Positions 27,260 through 36,158 of a DNA stretch of 64,000 nucleotides are shown here, in pieces; position 1 is the stretch's first letter; every line of letters begins with the position of its first letter. A program made the position numbers and the translations under genes. The notes beneath the pieces are model-generated. The model was not told where the DNA came from and did no database searches. It worked only from the letters and a program-made list of their open reading frames with translations. This stretch comes from an uncultured Acidobacteriota bacterium. Lineage in GTDB: Bacteria > Acidobacteriota > Vicinamibacteria > Vicinamibacterales > 2-12-FULL-66-21. Location of the stretch: assembly GCA_963697775.1 (NCBI GenBank), contig CAVOPH010000003.1, forward strand, positions 2,234 through 66,233. The letters run 5' to 3'.

Positions 27260-27620
27260 GGCATCACCTTGCCCTGATCGGCGAGCGCCGAGCAAGCCGG
27301 CGGCCATCTGGAAGTACCGAAAGTCCCGCTCATTCTCATCGTGACCGCGAAAAGGTTGTCCAACGTCAGACTTTGCGCATCGGCCAAACCGACTATTCAA
27401 ACAGCCGCGCGACTTCGTAAAGCGTTTCGACATAGAGGTAATCGCGCAAGGTTCCGATAACCGCGCACCATGCATTACGGATGAACGATCGCGGATGGAA
27501 GAAGGGGAAAGAGGCGAGTGAAAATTGTTGGGAGGAAGTACCTTGTTGGCTGCTGGCGGCTGGCCGCTCGAACCGGAAGCCCTTCGACTCGCGCGAATCT
27601 CGCGCTCGCTCAGGGTATGG

Positions 27621-27650
27621 CTGGAAACTGGAAACTGGAGACTGGTAACT
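27621..27650. repeat. Heptamer tandem array (CTGGAAA/CTGGAGA/CTGGTAA)
   Basis: CTGGAAACTGGAAACTGGAGACTGGTAACTG followed by ATTTTT, immediately 3' of the CHAT gene stop (27656). No inverted partner seen nearby. Confidence 0.75.
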
Positions 27651-27655
27651 GATTT

Positions 27656-30397
27656 TTAAAACGGCTCTCCGATCAGCACGTAGCCGGCCCAGTAGAACGG
27701 GCGCGCATCCAGGCGGACGTTGCCCAGCGGAGTGCGAACCACCATTGAACCGCTCCGAAGCTTTTGCAGCAGATCGAGCTGAGCGCGTCTGAGAGCCGCT
27801 CGTTTGTCGAGCCCCGCAAGCCAGTGCGTGTAGAACCCTTTCATGATCGCGGCGCTCGGTTGATCGGCAACATCCCAGAGCGTCGCTACGACGGTGGGCG
27901 TGCCGGCATAAAACAACGCTCTCGCCATCCCGGAGATCCCGTCGCCCGACGGCTTGCCCGTGGCGGTTCCGCATGCGCTCAACACCACGATCTCTGACGA
28001 GAGAGAGAGCTCGTACACCTCCCGGACCGTGAGGTGGCCATCCGACTCTGGACGGTCGCCGCTCTCGCCGAGCGCCAGGTAGGAATCGAGCGGCTCGTCA
28101 TCCCGAATCACGGCGTGTGTCGCGAAGTGAATGACGCGCTTGTCGGTCAGTTCCCGGCGCACATCCTTCTCGAGCGCCTGGGTCCTCGCGAGCACGCTGG
28201 TTCGGCCGCGGCCGAATACGTCTCTGATTGCAGCGGCTTCTCCGATCGCGGCAGACAGCGATGGAAGCGGCGCCTGGCCGGGCGGCGTGGAGATTGGTGC
28301 GGGATCAGCCACCACGAGAGAACTGCCCGACGAATTCGATCGGGACTGTCGCGCCAGGCGTTCGGTAAACGCAAAAGCGGACGCGGATGGAGCGTAGGCG
28401 ATCGCGTAACGCTCCACCAGGTAGGTTCCAGCCGGGTCCACAAGCGCCGCGAACGACAGGCGAAACAACGGCCCGTGCGGCAGGATCGTCAGGGCGCTCC
28501 CGTCAGGAGGCAGCCACTTCGCTACGGGCCCCACCAGCAACGTGTACAGGCGGCGGAACGCGGTCGCCTCGGACGAGTCCGGCTTGGGGACAGCAGCCTG
28601 CACCATGCGCTCGAGCGTGGCGCGGCTCACCACGATGCGTGCGCTCCGGACGGGGTGCCCTGGTTGGATCACCCACGCAAAGACTTCTTCGTCGTTGACC
28701 CAGTAGGCGACCACGGTGGTGCGGAGCCGGGCTGCCGTGGTCGCGATCTCGTCGGCCGAAGCGGTCTTCGAAGAGGCGTAACTGCTCAGCGTCAAATCGT
28801 CACGACGGGAAGCTGCGACCGGCCTGTTGAGGCCGCCTCGAGTCTCCAACCCGGATGGCGCCGGGTCGAGCGCCGGAAGCAATGAGGACGACGACGCCGG
28901 CGGCGGCGCATCCGGCTTCGGTGGTGACGCGATCAGCGCTTTGCCCGCCAGCAGATCGAGGAACGCGCGGGCGCGCGCCTGTTCGCTGACGATCAGCGCC
29001 TGCTCCGGCTGACCCCGTTGAATCATCAGCGCCAGCGTCAGGCCGTACAGTGACTGATGGACTTCGCTGAACCCTCGCTTCATGAAGTCCAGCGGCACGA
29101 GCCTGGACCTGATCTCTTCGACGCGTCGCACCGCTTCACGGGCATCATCCAGCGCGGCGTCGATTCGGCCGGCCGCGCGATTGATCGAGGCCCGCTGATG
29201 AAACAGATCGACGAGATAGTCGCGGTTGGCGGATCGAAGGCCGTACTCGATCGATCGATCCGCATGCTGCAGCGCCGTGTCGTACTGCTGCTGCTCCAGA
29301 TAATTCATGGCCAGATTGCCATGGCGATAGGCCAGCAGGTACGGATCCGTTTCGCGCGTGATGACATCTTCGAGCAGCCGGATGGCGCCCGGCACATCGC
29401 CACTGGCCGCGTAGGCAGCCGCCAGATTCCCCTGCTGAAAGTTCACGATCCGCTCGGAACCGGTCTTGCGCGCGAGCGCGAGCGCACGTTCGTATGCCAC
29501 GCGCGACTCGGCCGTTCGGCCGAGCAGTCCCAGCGCGATGGCTTTCGAGTTCAGGCTCTGCACGAGGCCTCGAATATCGCCGATCCGTTCCTGGACCTTC
29601 CCGGCCTGGTCGTAGAATTCGAGGGCCCGTTCGGGTTGTCCATGGACCCGATACATCCGCCCGACACTGACGTAGGCGTCAGCCAGGCTGGCAGGCCTAT
29701 CGGCTTCCTTGAATTTGTCGATCGCCAGATTCAAATCCGCAATGGCATCGTCGAATCGTCCGGCCCCGAATGCGTGGTCGGCCCGCAGATGAAGCGCTCG
29801 TGCTTCCAGGCCGGCAGAAGGGATGCGGCGCGCAAGTAGCAACGCTTCGTCGATCAATCGCGCTTCCTCCGGGTCGCCGCTTGGCAGCGCGTAGCATAAG
29901 TTGATGAGCGTCGATGCCCGATCCGCATCGTCGCCAATCTCCGTGAACACGGCCAGAGACGTCTCGAACTGCCGGCGGGCGCCAGGCAGATCGCCCTTTG
30001 CCATGGCGACAAACCCCAGCACGTCCGCGGCATGGGCTTCCTGACGGCGATCGCCCAGGGTCTGCGCCAAGTCACGCGCGCGAACACCCTCGGCCACCGC
30101 GGTGTCGTAGTCGCTGAGGTGGTACGACGCGAGCGCAGAGCCAACCCGCGCCTGCAGTTCGGTCACGCGATCGGCGCTGGCAATGGCCAGCCGAAGAGCC
30201 TGGTCGAAGCACGGCTTCGCTGGACCATTTTGCTCTAACGTCGCAAGGCGCTGGCCTTCTTTGAGGAGATCCGGAACGGACGAGGAGGAACTACAGCTGG
30301 TCGACGACGGATCAGTCGACTGGGCGGCTGGCGCCGCGACGAGAACGCCCGTCCAGAGCACGAGCGTCAGCGAGCATAGGTGTCGTGACCCTGCCAC
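27656..30397 (-). CDS. Exported TPR-repeat CHAT-domain (caspase-fold) protease
   Basis: ORF 27656..30655. The most plausible start is GTG 30397, giving MAGSRHLCSLTLVLWTGVLVAAPAAQS (signal-like). Long TPR-like helical repeat region. C-terminal CHAT-type block with candidate dyad His in VIHFATHAV (codon 28115-28117) and Cys in VVLSACGTA (codon 27971-27973). No frame break. The start is uncertain and overlaps the 3' end of the anti-sigma ORF. Confidence 0.8.
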   Translation of the reverse strand: MAGSRHLCSLTLVLWTGVLVAAPAAQSTDPSSTSCSSSSSVPDLLKEGQRLATLEQNGPAKPCFDQALRLAIASADRVTELQARVGSALASYHLSDYDTAVAEGVRARDLAQTLGDRRQEAHAADVLGFVAMAKGDLPGARRQFETSLAVFTEIGDDADRASTLINLCYALPSGDPEEARLIDEALLLARRIPSAGLEARALHLRADHAFGAGRFDDAIADLNLAIDKFKEADRPASLADAYVSVGRMYRVHGQPERALEFYDQAGKVQERIGDIRGLVQSLNSKAIALGLLGRTAESRVAYERALALARKTGSERIVNFQQGNLAAAYAASGDVPGAIRLLEDVITRETDPYLLAYRHGNLAMNYLEQQQYDTALQHADRSIEYGLRSANRDYLVDLFHQRASINRAAGRIDAALDDAREAVRRVEEIRSRLVPLDFMKRGFSEVHQSLYGLTLALMIQRGQPEQALIVSEQARARAFLDLLAGKALIASPPKPDAPPPASSSSLLPALDPAPSGLETRGGLNRPVAASRRDDLTLSSYASSKTASADEIATTAARLRTTVVAYWVNDEEVFAWVIQPGHPVRSARIVVSRATLERMVQAAVPKPDSSEATAFRRLYTLLVGPVAKWLPPDGSALTILPHGPLFRLSFAALVDPAGTYLVERYAIAYAPSASAFAFTERLARQSRSNSSGSSLVVADPAPISTPPGQAPLPSLSAAIGEAAAIRDVFGRGRTSVLARTQALEKDVRRELTDKRVIHFATHAVIRDDEPLDSYLALGESGDRPESDGHLTVREVYELSLSSEIVVLSACGTATGKPSGDGISGMARALFYAGTPTVVATLWDVADQPSAAIMKGFYTHWLAGLDKRAALRRAQLDLLQKLRSGSMVVRTPLGNVRLDARPFYWAGYVLIGEPF

Positions 30398-31277
30398 TCG
30401 GTAATCTCCAGCCGATCCGCGGCGCAAGGAGAGTACCCAGGGCCGCACACGCTTGTTCTCGTCGCGACTCACCCGTCCCGCAGATCTCGGTGAGTACGAT
30501 CGCGGCCGCATCGCGGCGGCCAACCCGCTCGAGAGCAACGGCAAGATACCACGAGGCATCAAGGCGCAGCCACGTGTTCGCCGTCCCGTCAGTTCGTGCC
30601 CGTTCCAGCGGGGCCACCGCATCTGCGGCTTGCCCGGCCAGCAGGTACGAGACACCGAGGTAGTAGCTCACAAACGGTTCGTTCGGGTGGCTTGACTGGA
30701 GTGCAGCGAGCTTCTGTATAGCCCCGGGATAGTCATCACGCCGGAACGGCGCGAGCGCGCCGCTGAGCGCTGTTGCATACGGGTCAGCCCCTCGACTCCG
30801 CAAGACGAGCGCGCTCGGCGGCAACTCAACTTCGGGCTTCTCCAGCGTGAGCACGAAAGCGGACCCAGCACGCGGGGATGCTCCGACAGGGACGCCGGGT
30901 GCCGAAGGCATGACGGAATCCTGGTGGTCGAACTGCGCCAGCCAACCTGCACCAACTGCGATCGTGATGACCGCTGCGGCGGCAACGGGCCGCCACCACG
31001 CTCGTGACGTTCGTCCGGCGTTCTTCACCCTGGACTGAATCCGCTTCGACTCCTCGACGGTCGGCTCCGAACACTCGGGCGACGCCTGTGCCTCGGCAAG
31101 CATCCGGCAGACGGCGCAATGCTCCATGTGCGAGAGGATTCGTCCCCGTAGCGGTTCCGGCAGCGTCCCCTCCATCGCGGGCAGGAGCGTCTCGGGCGCC
31201 GGACACGACACCGTCTGAGCGCGCTCGAACGCGTCCCTTTCCGAGGGGTCCAAATCAGCTGGCACGGGCCGCATCAT
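30312..31277 (-). CDS. Anti-sigma factor (zf-HC2 N-terminus, one TM span, TPR-like extracytoplasmic domain)
   Basis: ATG 31277 overlaps the sigma gene stop (ATGA). H-x3-C-x2-C motif LSHMEHCAVCRM at about 31101-31136. Hydrophobic span WWRPVAAAAVITIAVGAGWLAQF. C-terminal helical repeats (YYLGVSYLLAGQAADAVAPLERA...). Confidence 0.75.
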   Translation of the reverse strand: MMRPVPADLDPSERDAFERAQTVSCPAPETLLPAMEGTLPEPLRGRILSHMEHCAVCRMLAEAQASPECSEPTVEESKRIQSRVKNAGRTSRAWWRPVAAAAVITIAVGAGWLAQFDHQDSVMPSAPGVPVGASPRAGSAFVLTLEKPEVELPPSALVLRSRGADPYATALSGALAPFRRDDYPGAIQKLAALQSSHPNEPFVSYYLGVSYLLAGQAADAVAPLERARTDGTANTWLRLDASWYLAVALERVGRRDAAAIVLTEICGTGESRREQACAALGTLLAPRIGWRLPSGRVTTPMLADARALDGRSRRGASRPVD

Positions 31278-31738
31278 GGCTTTTCGCTCAACTCCTTGCG
31301 CAACAGTTGATGGGCGTATTGCAAGTAACCCTTGACCTGGATTTCCGACAATCCGAGGCGCCCTGCGATCGCGGTCCGCTCCAGACCGTGCACGTATCTC
31401 AAGATCAGGCAGGCGCGATGCACAGGCTTCAATGCCGGCGCCGCATCCAGCCACTCCTCGATACCGCTCTCGGACTCGGCCTTCGGCTCGGGATCCAACC
31501 CGGCGCTGTATTTTCGTTCCAGCGCGTTCCTTCGCCAGAAGTCCGTGGCGCGATTCTTGACCACGGTGAACAGCCAGCCGGGCAGGAGCCCCGGATCGAT
31601 CCGATCGAACGTGTTATAGAGCGCAACGAACGCTTCGGCGGTAATCTCCTCGGCGATTTCGCGGCGCCCGACACATTTCACGGCATACCGGAAAACCGAC
31701 GTCAGATGCTCCCGGTAGGCATCGTCGAAATCTGTCAT
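31274..31738 (-). CDS. ECF-type RNA polymerase sigma factor (sigma-70 regions 2 and 4)
   Basis: 154 aa. Region 2-like: FRYAVKCVGRREIAEEITAEAFVALYNTFDRIDPGLLPGWLFTVVKNRATDFWRR. Region 4-like: RACLILRYVHGLERTAIAGRLGLSEIQVKGYLQYAHQLLR. Confidence 0.85.
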   Translation of the reverse strand: MTDFDDAYREHLTSVFRYAVKCVGRREIAEEITAEAFVALYNTFDRIDPGLLPGWLFTVVKNRATDFWRRNALERKYSAGLDPEPKAESESGIEEWLDAAPALKPVHRACLILRYVHGLERTAIAGRLGLSEIQVKGYLQYAHQLLRKELSEKP

Positions 31739-31805
31739 TGAGCACTACGGACGGGGGATTGAGGATGGAAGAATGGCAACGGCAGAAATCCGTGATCGGG
31801 GATCA

Positions 31806-31830
31806 TACGGCGAAACGCCCTAACAGTTCA
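31806..31830 (-). promoter_or_regulatory. Candidate ECF-type promoter (GAAC-N16-CGT) upstream of the sigma factor gene
   Basis: The minus strand reads TGAACTGTTAGGGCGTTTCGCCGTATGATC about 70-90 nt upstream of ATG 31738. GAAC and CGT are separated by 16 nt, and TATGAT could equally be a housekeeping -10. Motif match by eye only. Confidence 0.3.
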
Positions 31831-32526
31831 GCGCGACCGTCCGACCGCCGCGAGCGCGTCGGCTTCGGCCTGGCCGAGCGACTCGGACAGGGCCGCCTGG
31901 CCTCGATCGAGGTGCTCCTGTTCGGTTCCGCCAACCACTACAGGCGGACGGATCGCCAACGCCACGGTGCTGAATGGCTTCGGCACCATCGTCCGGTCCC
32001 AGCTGCTGGTCGTCCAGGAACGACTGGCCTCTGAATGGAGGGGTAACAGCGGATTCCCGGTCGCACCAGCCAACCACACGGCACCCGGCTGTGCGATGCG
32101 GGCCGGGCCGCGTGGTCCGTCCAGCGCCAGCGCCGCCGGATGGCCCTGTTCGACCTCGTGCTTCATCGCAATCAACGCGCGCGCGCCGCCATGCGAGGTT
32201 GAACCTGCGACCGTACGGTTGCCAAGGCGCTCGATGATCCTCGCGATCCACTGTCCATCGAAATTCTCGCTCGCCATGACGACGACGCCGCGATTGCGGA
32301 ACACCCAGATCGCCGGCAGAATCCGGCCATGCCAAACGGCGAAAATGGGGACCCGACCGGATCGGATGATGTCGTCGAAATGATGGATGCCTTCGACCTT
32401 CCAGGTGATCGTGCGGCAGAGACCGCTGATGAGGGGAGAAGCAGTGGCCGCGATCAGGCGCGTCTGCAGGCGTTGCGAAGAGGTCAGCTGCCGGGTATCT
32501 TGGACCACTCGGTCATCTTTTATCAC
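31828..32526 (-). CDS. DUF374-domain protein (lysophospholipid acyltransferase-like)
   Basis: 232 aa, GTG start. IFAVWHGRILPAIWVFRNRGVVVMASENFDGQWIARIIERLGNRTVAGSTSHGGARAL...ALDGPRGPA matches my recollection of the DUF374 family. Confidence 0.7.
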   Translation of the reverse strand: MIKDDRVVQDTRQLTSSQRLQTRLIAATASPLISGLCRTITWKVEGIHHFDDIIRSGRVPIFAVWHGRILPAIWVFRNRGVVVMASENFDGQWIARIIERLGNRTVAGSTSHGGARALIAMKHEVEQGHPAALALDGPRGPARIAQPGAVWLAGATGNPLLPLHSEASRSWTTSSWDRTMVPKPFSTVALAIRPPVVVGGTEQEHLDRGQAALSESLGQAEADALAAVGRSR

Positions 32527-32553
32527 TGCTCGCGGGGCCCCATTTCTCTTGTT

Positions 32554-32578
32554 GCGCCTGGGGCCCCGCCCCAGGCGC
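32554..32578. other. GC-rich perfect hairpin GCGCCTGGGGC-CCC-GCCCCAGGCGC
   Basis: 11-bp perfect stem in the ETF-QO / DUF374 spacer. Same GGGGC-N3-4-GCCCC core as the hairpins at 54913-54932 and inside each 131-bp repeat unit. No U-run on the transcribed strand. Confidence 0.7.
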
Positions 32579-32659
32579 AGCCGACTCGCGCGTTCGCGCT
32601 CGCCGGGGCTGAAGGCTCTCGCTCGGTCTCGCTTCTAACTTGCTAACTCTTTTAACGTT

Positions 32660-34327
32660 CTACATCCCCTCATACTGCGGTCCCCCACCCCCTTCAGGGG
32701 GGACCCAATCAATCAACTGATACGGATCCATGATGTCGCACGTCTTGCAATGGACACAGTTGGAGGCGTTGATCTGGAGCCGCTTCGTGCCATCGCCCGC
32801 ATCGACCATTTCGTAGACATTCGCAGGACAGAATCGCGTGCACGGGTTGCCGTATTCCGTACGACACCGAGTCCGGCAGACCTCGGCATCGTGCACGATC
32901 AGATGCGAGGGCTGATCTTCCGGATGACGGGTTCCCGAGTAATGAACGTTTGTCAGCTTGTCGAACGTGAGCTGACGATCGATCCTGACCGGTCGAATCG
33001 GTGAATCGGGATCCGGCCGGCTCGACGGATAGTACTCGTCCAGCTTCGCGACCCGCTCGTAGCCCGCATGCGCCGGCATCGGGTCGCGATACCACCAGCC
33101 GCCGGTCACGAGCGACAGACCGGAATACGCAAGACCCGCCATCAGGCCGTAGCTGAAGCTCTGATGGATGTTTCGAACCGGGAACAGCTCGCGGCGGACG
33201 TCGCTCCGATCGATCGCATCGGCATAGTTCTTCAGTCGCGCCGCAGTCGTGTCGCCGGCACGCACGGCATCGAACGCACTCTCGGCGGCGAGCATGCCGG
33301 TACGCATCGCGAGGTGGATGCCCTTGAGACGCAGTGAATTCAGGAACCCGCCAGCATCCCCGGCGATGAGAACACCATCGGCATAGACACGCGGGATCGT
33401 GTGCCAACCGCCTTCGGGCAGCGCCTTTGCGCCATAACGAACGAGCTGCCCCTTGTCGAGGAGCGACGCGACAAACGGGTGCTGCTTGAAATGCTGAAAG
33501 GCGATATGGGGATCGAACATCGGATCGCGGTAGTCGAGCCCGCTGACGAAGCCGATCGACGCCAGGCCGTCGGGCATCACGTATATGAAGGCGCCGCCGA
33601 ACTCCTCCTGGCGCAGCGGATATCCCATGGTGTGCATCACCGTGCCGGCGGGGACGCGGTCCTTTGGAATCTCCCAGAGCTCCTTGATCCCGATTGCATA
33701 AAGTTGCGGCAAACGCCCCGCGTCGAGCGCGAGGCGACGCACCACCGACTTGGTCAGATTGCCGCGCACGCCGTCGGTGAGGATCGTCACCTTCGCGTGA
33801 ATATCGACGCCGGGCTCGAACGTCGATTTGCGCTCGCCGTGCTTGCCGATGCCGCGATCGCCGGTCCGAACGCCGGCAACACGATCGCCGTCGTAGAGAA
33901 CCTCGACGCCCGGGAAACCCGTGAAGATATCCACCCCTTCGCTCTCGACGAGGCCACCCAGCCATTTCACAAAGCGACTGAGCGAGATGATGTAGTTACC
34001 GTGATTTCTCAGCGGCGGCGGAATGATCGGAAACTTCAGCTTCCCCGTGCGGGTGAAGTAAAACACCTGGTCGTGATGGACTTCGGATGCGAGCGGAGCG
34101 CCCTTGGCCTTGAAGTCGGGGATGAGCGCGGCGAGGGCTGACGGATCGAGAACGGCGCCCGACAGCATGTGCGCGCCCACCTCGCGCGCCTTCTCGAGGA
34201 CGGCGATCGTGAGCGGCTCGCCCCCCTTCTCCTTCTGCAGTTGGGTCAGCCTGAGGGCAGCCGACATTCCGGCGGGACCGCCGCCTACGATCAGAACGTC
34301 GACTTCAAGAGTCTCGCGTGTTGACAA
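32660..34327 (-). CDS. Electron-transfer flavoprotein:ubiquinone oxidoreductase (ETF-QO)
   Basis: 555 aa. FAD motif VLIVGGGPAGMSAALRL. C-terminal 4Fe-4S ferredoxin-like CPANVYE...NCVHCKTCDI. Adjacent to etfA and etfB. Confidence 0.9.
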   Translation of the reverse strand: MSTRETLEVDVLIVGGGPAGMSAALRLTQLQKEKGGEPLTIAVLEKAREVGAHMLSGAVLDPSALAALIPDFKAKGAPLASEVHHDQVFYFTRTGKLKFPIIPPPLRNHGNYIISLSRFVKWLGGLVESEGVDIFTGFPGVEVLYDGDRVAGVRTGDRGIGKHGERKSTFEPGVDIHAKVTILTDGVRGNLTKSVVRRLALDAGRLPQLYAIGIKELWEIPKDRVPAGTVMHTMGYPLRQEEFGGAFIYVMPDGLASIGFVSGLDYRDPMFDPHIAFQHFKQHPFVASLLDKGQLVRYGAKALPEGGWHTIPRVYADGVLIAGDAGGFLNSLRLKGIHLAMRTGMLAAESAFDAVRAGDTTAARLKNYADAIDRSDVRRELFPVRNIHQSFSYGLMAGLAYSGLSLVTGGWWYRDPMPAHAGYERVAKLDEYYPSSRPDPDSPIRPVRIDRQLTFDKLTNVHYSGTRHPEDQPSHLIVHDAEVCRTRCRTEYGNPCTRFCPANVYEMVDAGDGTKRLQINASNCVHCKTCDIMDPYQLIDWVPPEGGGGPQYEGM

Positions 34328-34338
34328 TGTGCTCGAAT

Positions 34339-34434
34339 CAGTTACCAGTTTCCAGTTTCCAGTTACCAGTAGGCTCTCTGCACCGTTTTCTCAACTGGAA
34401 ACTGGGCACTGAACTGAAACTGAAACTGGAAACT
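34339..34434. repeat. Inverted pair of heptamer arrays (CCAGTTT/CCAGTTA vs AACTGGA/AACTGAA)
   Basis: Left arm 34339-34370: CAGTTACCAGTTTCCAGTTTCCAGTTACCAGT. Right arm 34393-34434: CAACTGGAAACTGGGCACTGAACTGAAACTGAAACTGGAAACT. Fills the etfA / ETF-QO spacer. Confidence 0.85.
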
Positions 34435-35392
34435 ATTTTTTCAACTCCGCTATCAGTGCAGGAACCACTTCGAACAGATCTCCGGCGATGCCGTAGTCGG
34501 CGATCTCGAAAATCGGCGCTTCGGGGTCCTTGTTGATTGCGACGATCGTTCGCGATCCCTTCATCCCGACCAGGTGCTGAATCGCCCCGGAGATACCGAG
34601 CGCCACGTAAAGCTTCGGCGCGACGGTCTGCCCAGAACTGCCGATCTGACGGTCCATGGGCAACCATCCGGCGTCGCAGATGGGCCGCGACGCGGCGAGC
34701 TCTGCGCCGAGCGCCTTGGCTAGCTCCTCGGCAATCTTGACGTGCTCCTGTCCCTTGATTCCGCGGCCGACCGAGACAATCCGCTCGGCCTGCGACAGAT
34801 CGACGGCTTGCTTCGCCTCCTGAAAGGGTGCCTCGGGCTTCTGACGAATCGCTGCCGCATCGACGGCAACGCTCACCTTGCGAATCGGAGCCGGAGAGGC
34901 GCCGCGCTTCGCGGCGTCGGCGCGAAAGGCGCCGATCTGAATCGTCACCAGATGGGGTGAAGGGCCGAGCGCTTCCACGTCGGCATTCAGTTTTCCCTGA
35001 AACACTGGACGGACGTAAACAGTGCTGTCGCCGGACTTCCTGATCGCGGTCACGTCCGTGACCAGCGACCGGCCGATGCGGGTCGCAAGGGCGGGCGCGA
35101 AATCACGGGTCTGGTACGTGTGCGAAAAGAAGACGGACGAAGGCTTCTCCTGGTCGATGAAAGACGTCAAGGCAAGAACGTAGCCGTCTGCGGTGTACTC
35201 CGCGAGCGCGGTAGCTTCGAGAACAATGACCTCTGCTACCGCCGCCGCAGCGATTTCTGTCGCCGCAGCGTCTGCACCCGACCCGAGCAGCGCAATCTTG
35301 ACGGGCTCCTCACTCTGCTGAGCGGCCGCGACGGCTTCCCACGTCGCGCGATTCAATTTCCCACCACGCTGTTCGCCAACGACAACAGGCAT
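34433..35392 (-). CDS. etfA: Electron transfer flavoprotein alpha subunit
   Basis: 319 aa. C-terminal FAD-binding signature ...IVSVGRGIKGQEH...ASRPICDAGWLPMDRQIGSSGQTVAPKLYVALGISGAIQHLVGM. Confidence 0.9.
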   Translation of the reverse strand: MPVVVGEQRGGKLNRATWEAVAAAQQSEEPVKIALLGSGADAAATEIAAAAVAEVIVLEATALAEYTADGYVLALTSFIDQEKPSSVFFSHTYQTRDFAPALATRIGRSLVTDVTAIRKSGDSTVYVRPVFQGKLNADVEALGPSPHLVTIQIGAFRADAAKRGASPAPIRKVSVAVDAAAIRQKPEAPFQEAKQAVDLSQAERIVSVGRGIKGQEHVKIAEELAKALGAELAASRPICDAGWLPMDRQIGSSGQTVAPKLYVALGISGAIQHLVGMKGSRTIVAINKDPEAPIFEIADYGIAGDLFEVVPALIAELKK

Positions 35393-35426
35393 TGTTAGAT
35401 CACCCTCGCTTCGTCTCGCAGCCGTT

Positions 35427-36155
35427 TCACCAGATCTTTGGCGGCGTCTGCAGGGGATCCGGGATCATCTGTGTCTGCTTGGATTTTTCAGGGAAGTGCA
35501 CACCGAGAATGCGGCTGGTGGATTCGGTCGCTCCCGCCGGTGTGACCTTTCGAATCTCTTTCTTCTTCGCCGCCATGATCCCCTTCAGCGTCGCGTAGCG
35601 AAGCTGATTGATGCCGCTCTGGATGGTGAGGAGGGCAGGCATCGGCAGCGAGATCCACTGGAACCAGCCACCCTCGAGTTCCCGCTTCACGCGAAGACCT
35701 GATTCAGAAGCCTGGACCTCCATGATGATCGTCGCATGAGGCATCGCCAGCTTTTCGGCGAGGACGACGCCGACCTGGCCAAAGCCCTGGTCGTCGGACT
35801 GAAGGCCGGTCAGCACGAGATCGAATTTTTCTTCGCGGACGGCGGTCGCAATCGCCTCGGCGACGCTGACCGCGTCAGCGGTCGCGAGCGCGTCCGATTC
35901 GATGTGAATCGCACGGTCCGCGCCACGAGCGAGCGCCTCACGAATCACCTGCGACGCGCGGGCCGGACCTGCCGAGACGACGACGACCTCGCCGGTGTGC
36001 TTTTCTTTCAGCCGCAGCGCTTCCTCGAGCGCGTAGGCATCCGGCTCGTTGAGCTCGAAACTCGCATCCTGATCGCGAATCCAGGTCTTCGCATCGTTGA
36101 TGCGGAGCTGCCACTCCCTGGTGACAACCTGTTTGATGCAAACGGCGATTTTCAT
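35427..36155 (-). CDS. etfB: Electron transfer flavoprotein beta subunit
   Basis: MKIAVCIKQVV... start at ATG 36155. The 12 upstream codons of ORF 35427..36191 lie in the heptamer array. Typical EtfB length of about 242 aa. Confidence 0.9.
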   Translation of the reverse strand: MKIAVCIKQVVTREWQLRINDAKTWIRDQDASFELNEPDAYALEEALRLKEKHTGEVVVVSAGPARASQVIREALARGADRAIHIESDALATADAVSVAEAIATAVREEKFDLVLTGLQSDDQGFGQVGVVLAEKLAMPHATIIMEVQASESGLRVKRELEGGWFQWISLPMPALLTIQSGINQLRYATLKGIMAAKKKEIRKVTPAGATESTSRILGVHFPEKSKQTQMIPDPLQTPPKIW

Positions 36156-36158
36156 TGT

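Noticed and set aside
27428-27455. Second ECF-type promoter (GGAACC ... TGTC) upstream of the PEP-CTERM gene
   Set aside because: The spacer is 18-19 nt and the -10 is TGTC rather than CGTC, which is too weak to call as a feature. It is mentioned only as a lead.
27656-30397. TPR-CHAT protein as a type III-E CRISPR (Craspase-like) or other intracellular defence effector
   Set aside because: No cas or defence genes are nearby. The protein has a signal-like N-terminus and sits behind an ECF sigma / anti-sigma pair, which points to an envelope role instead.
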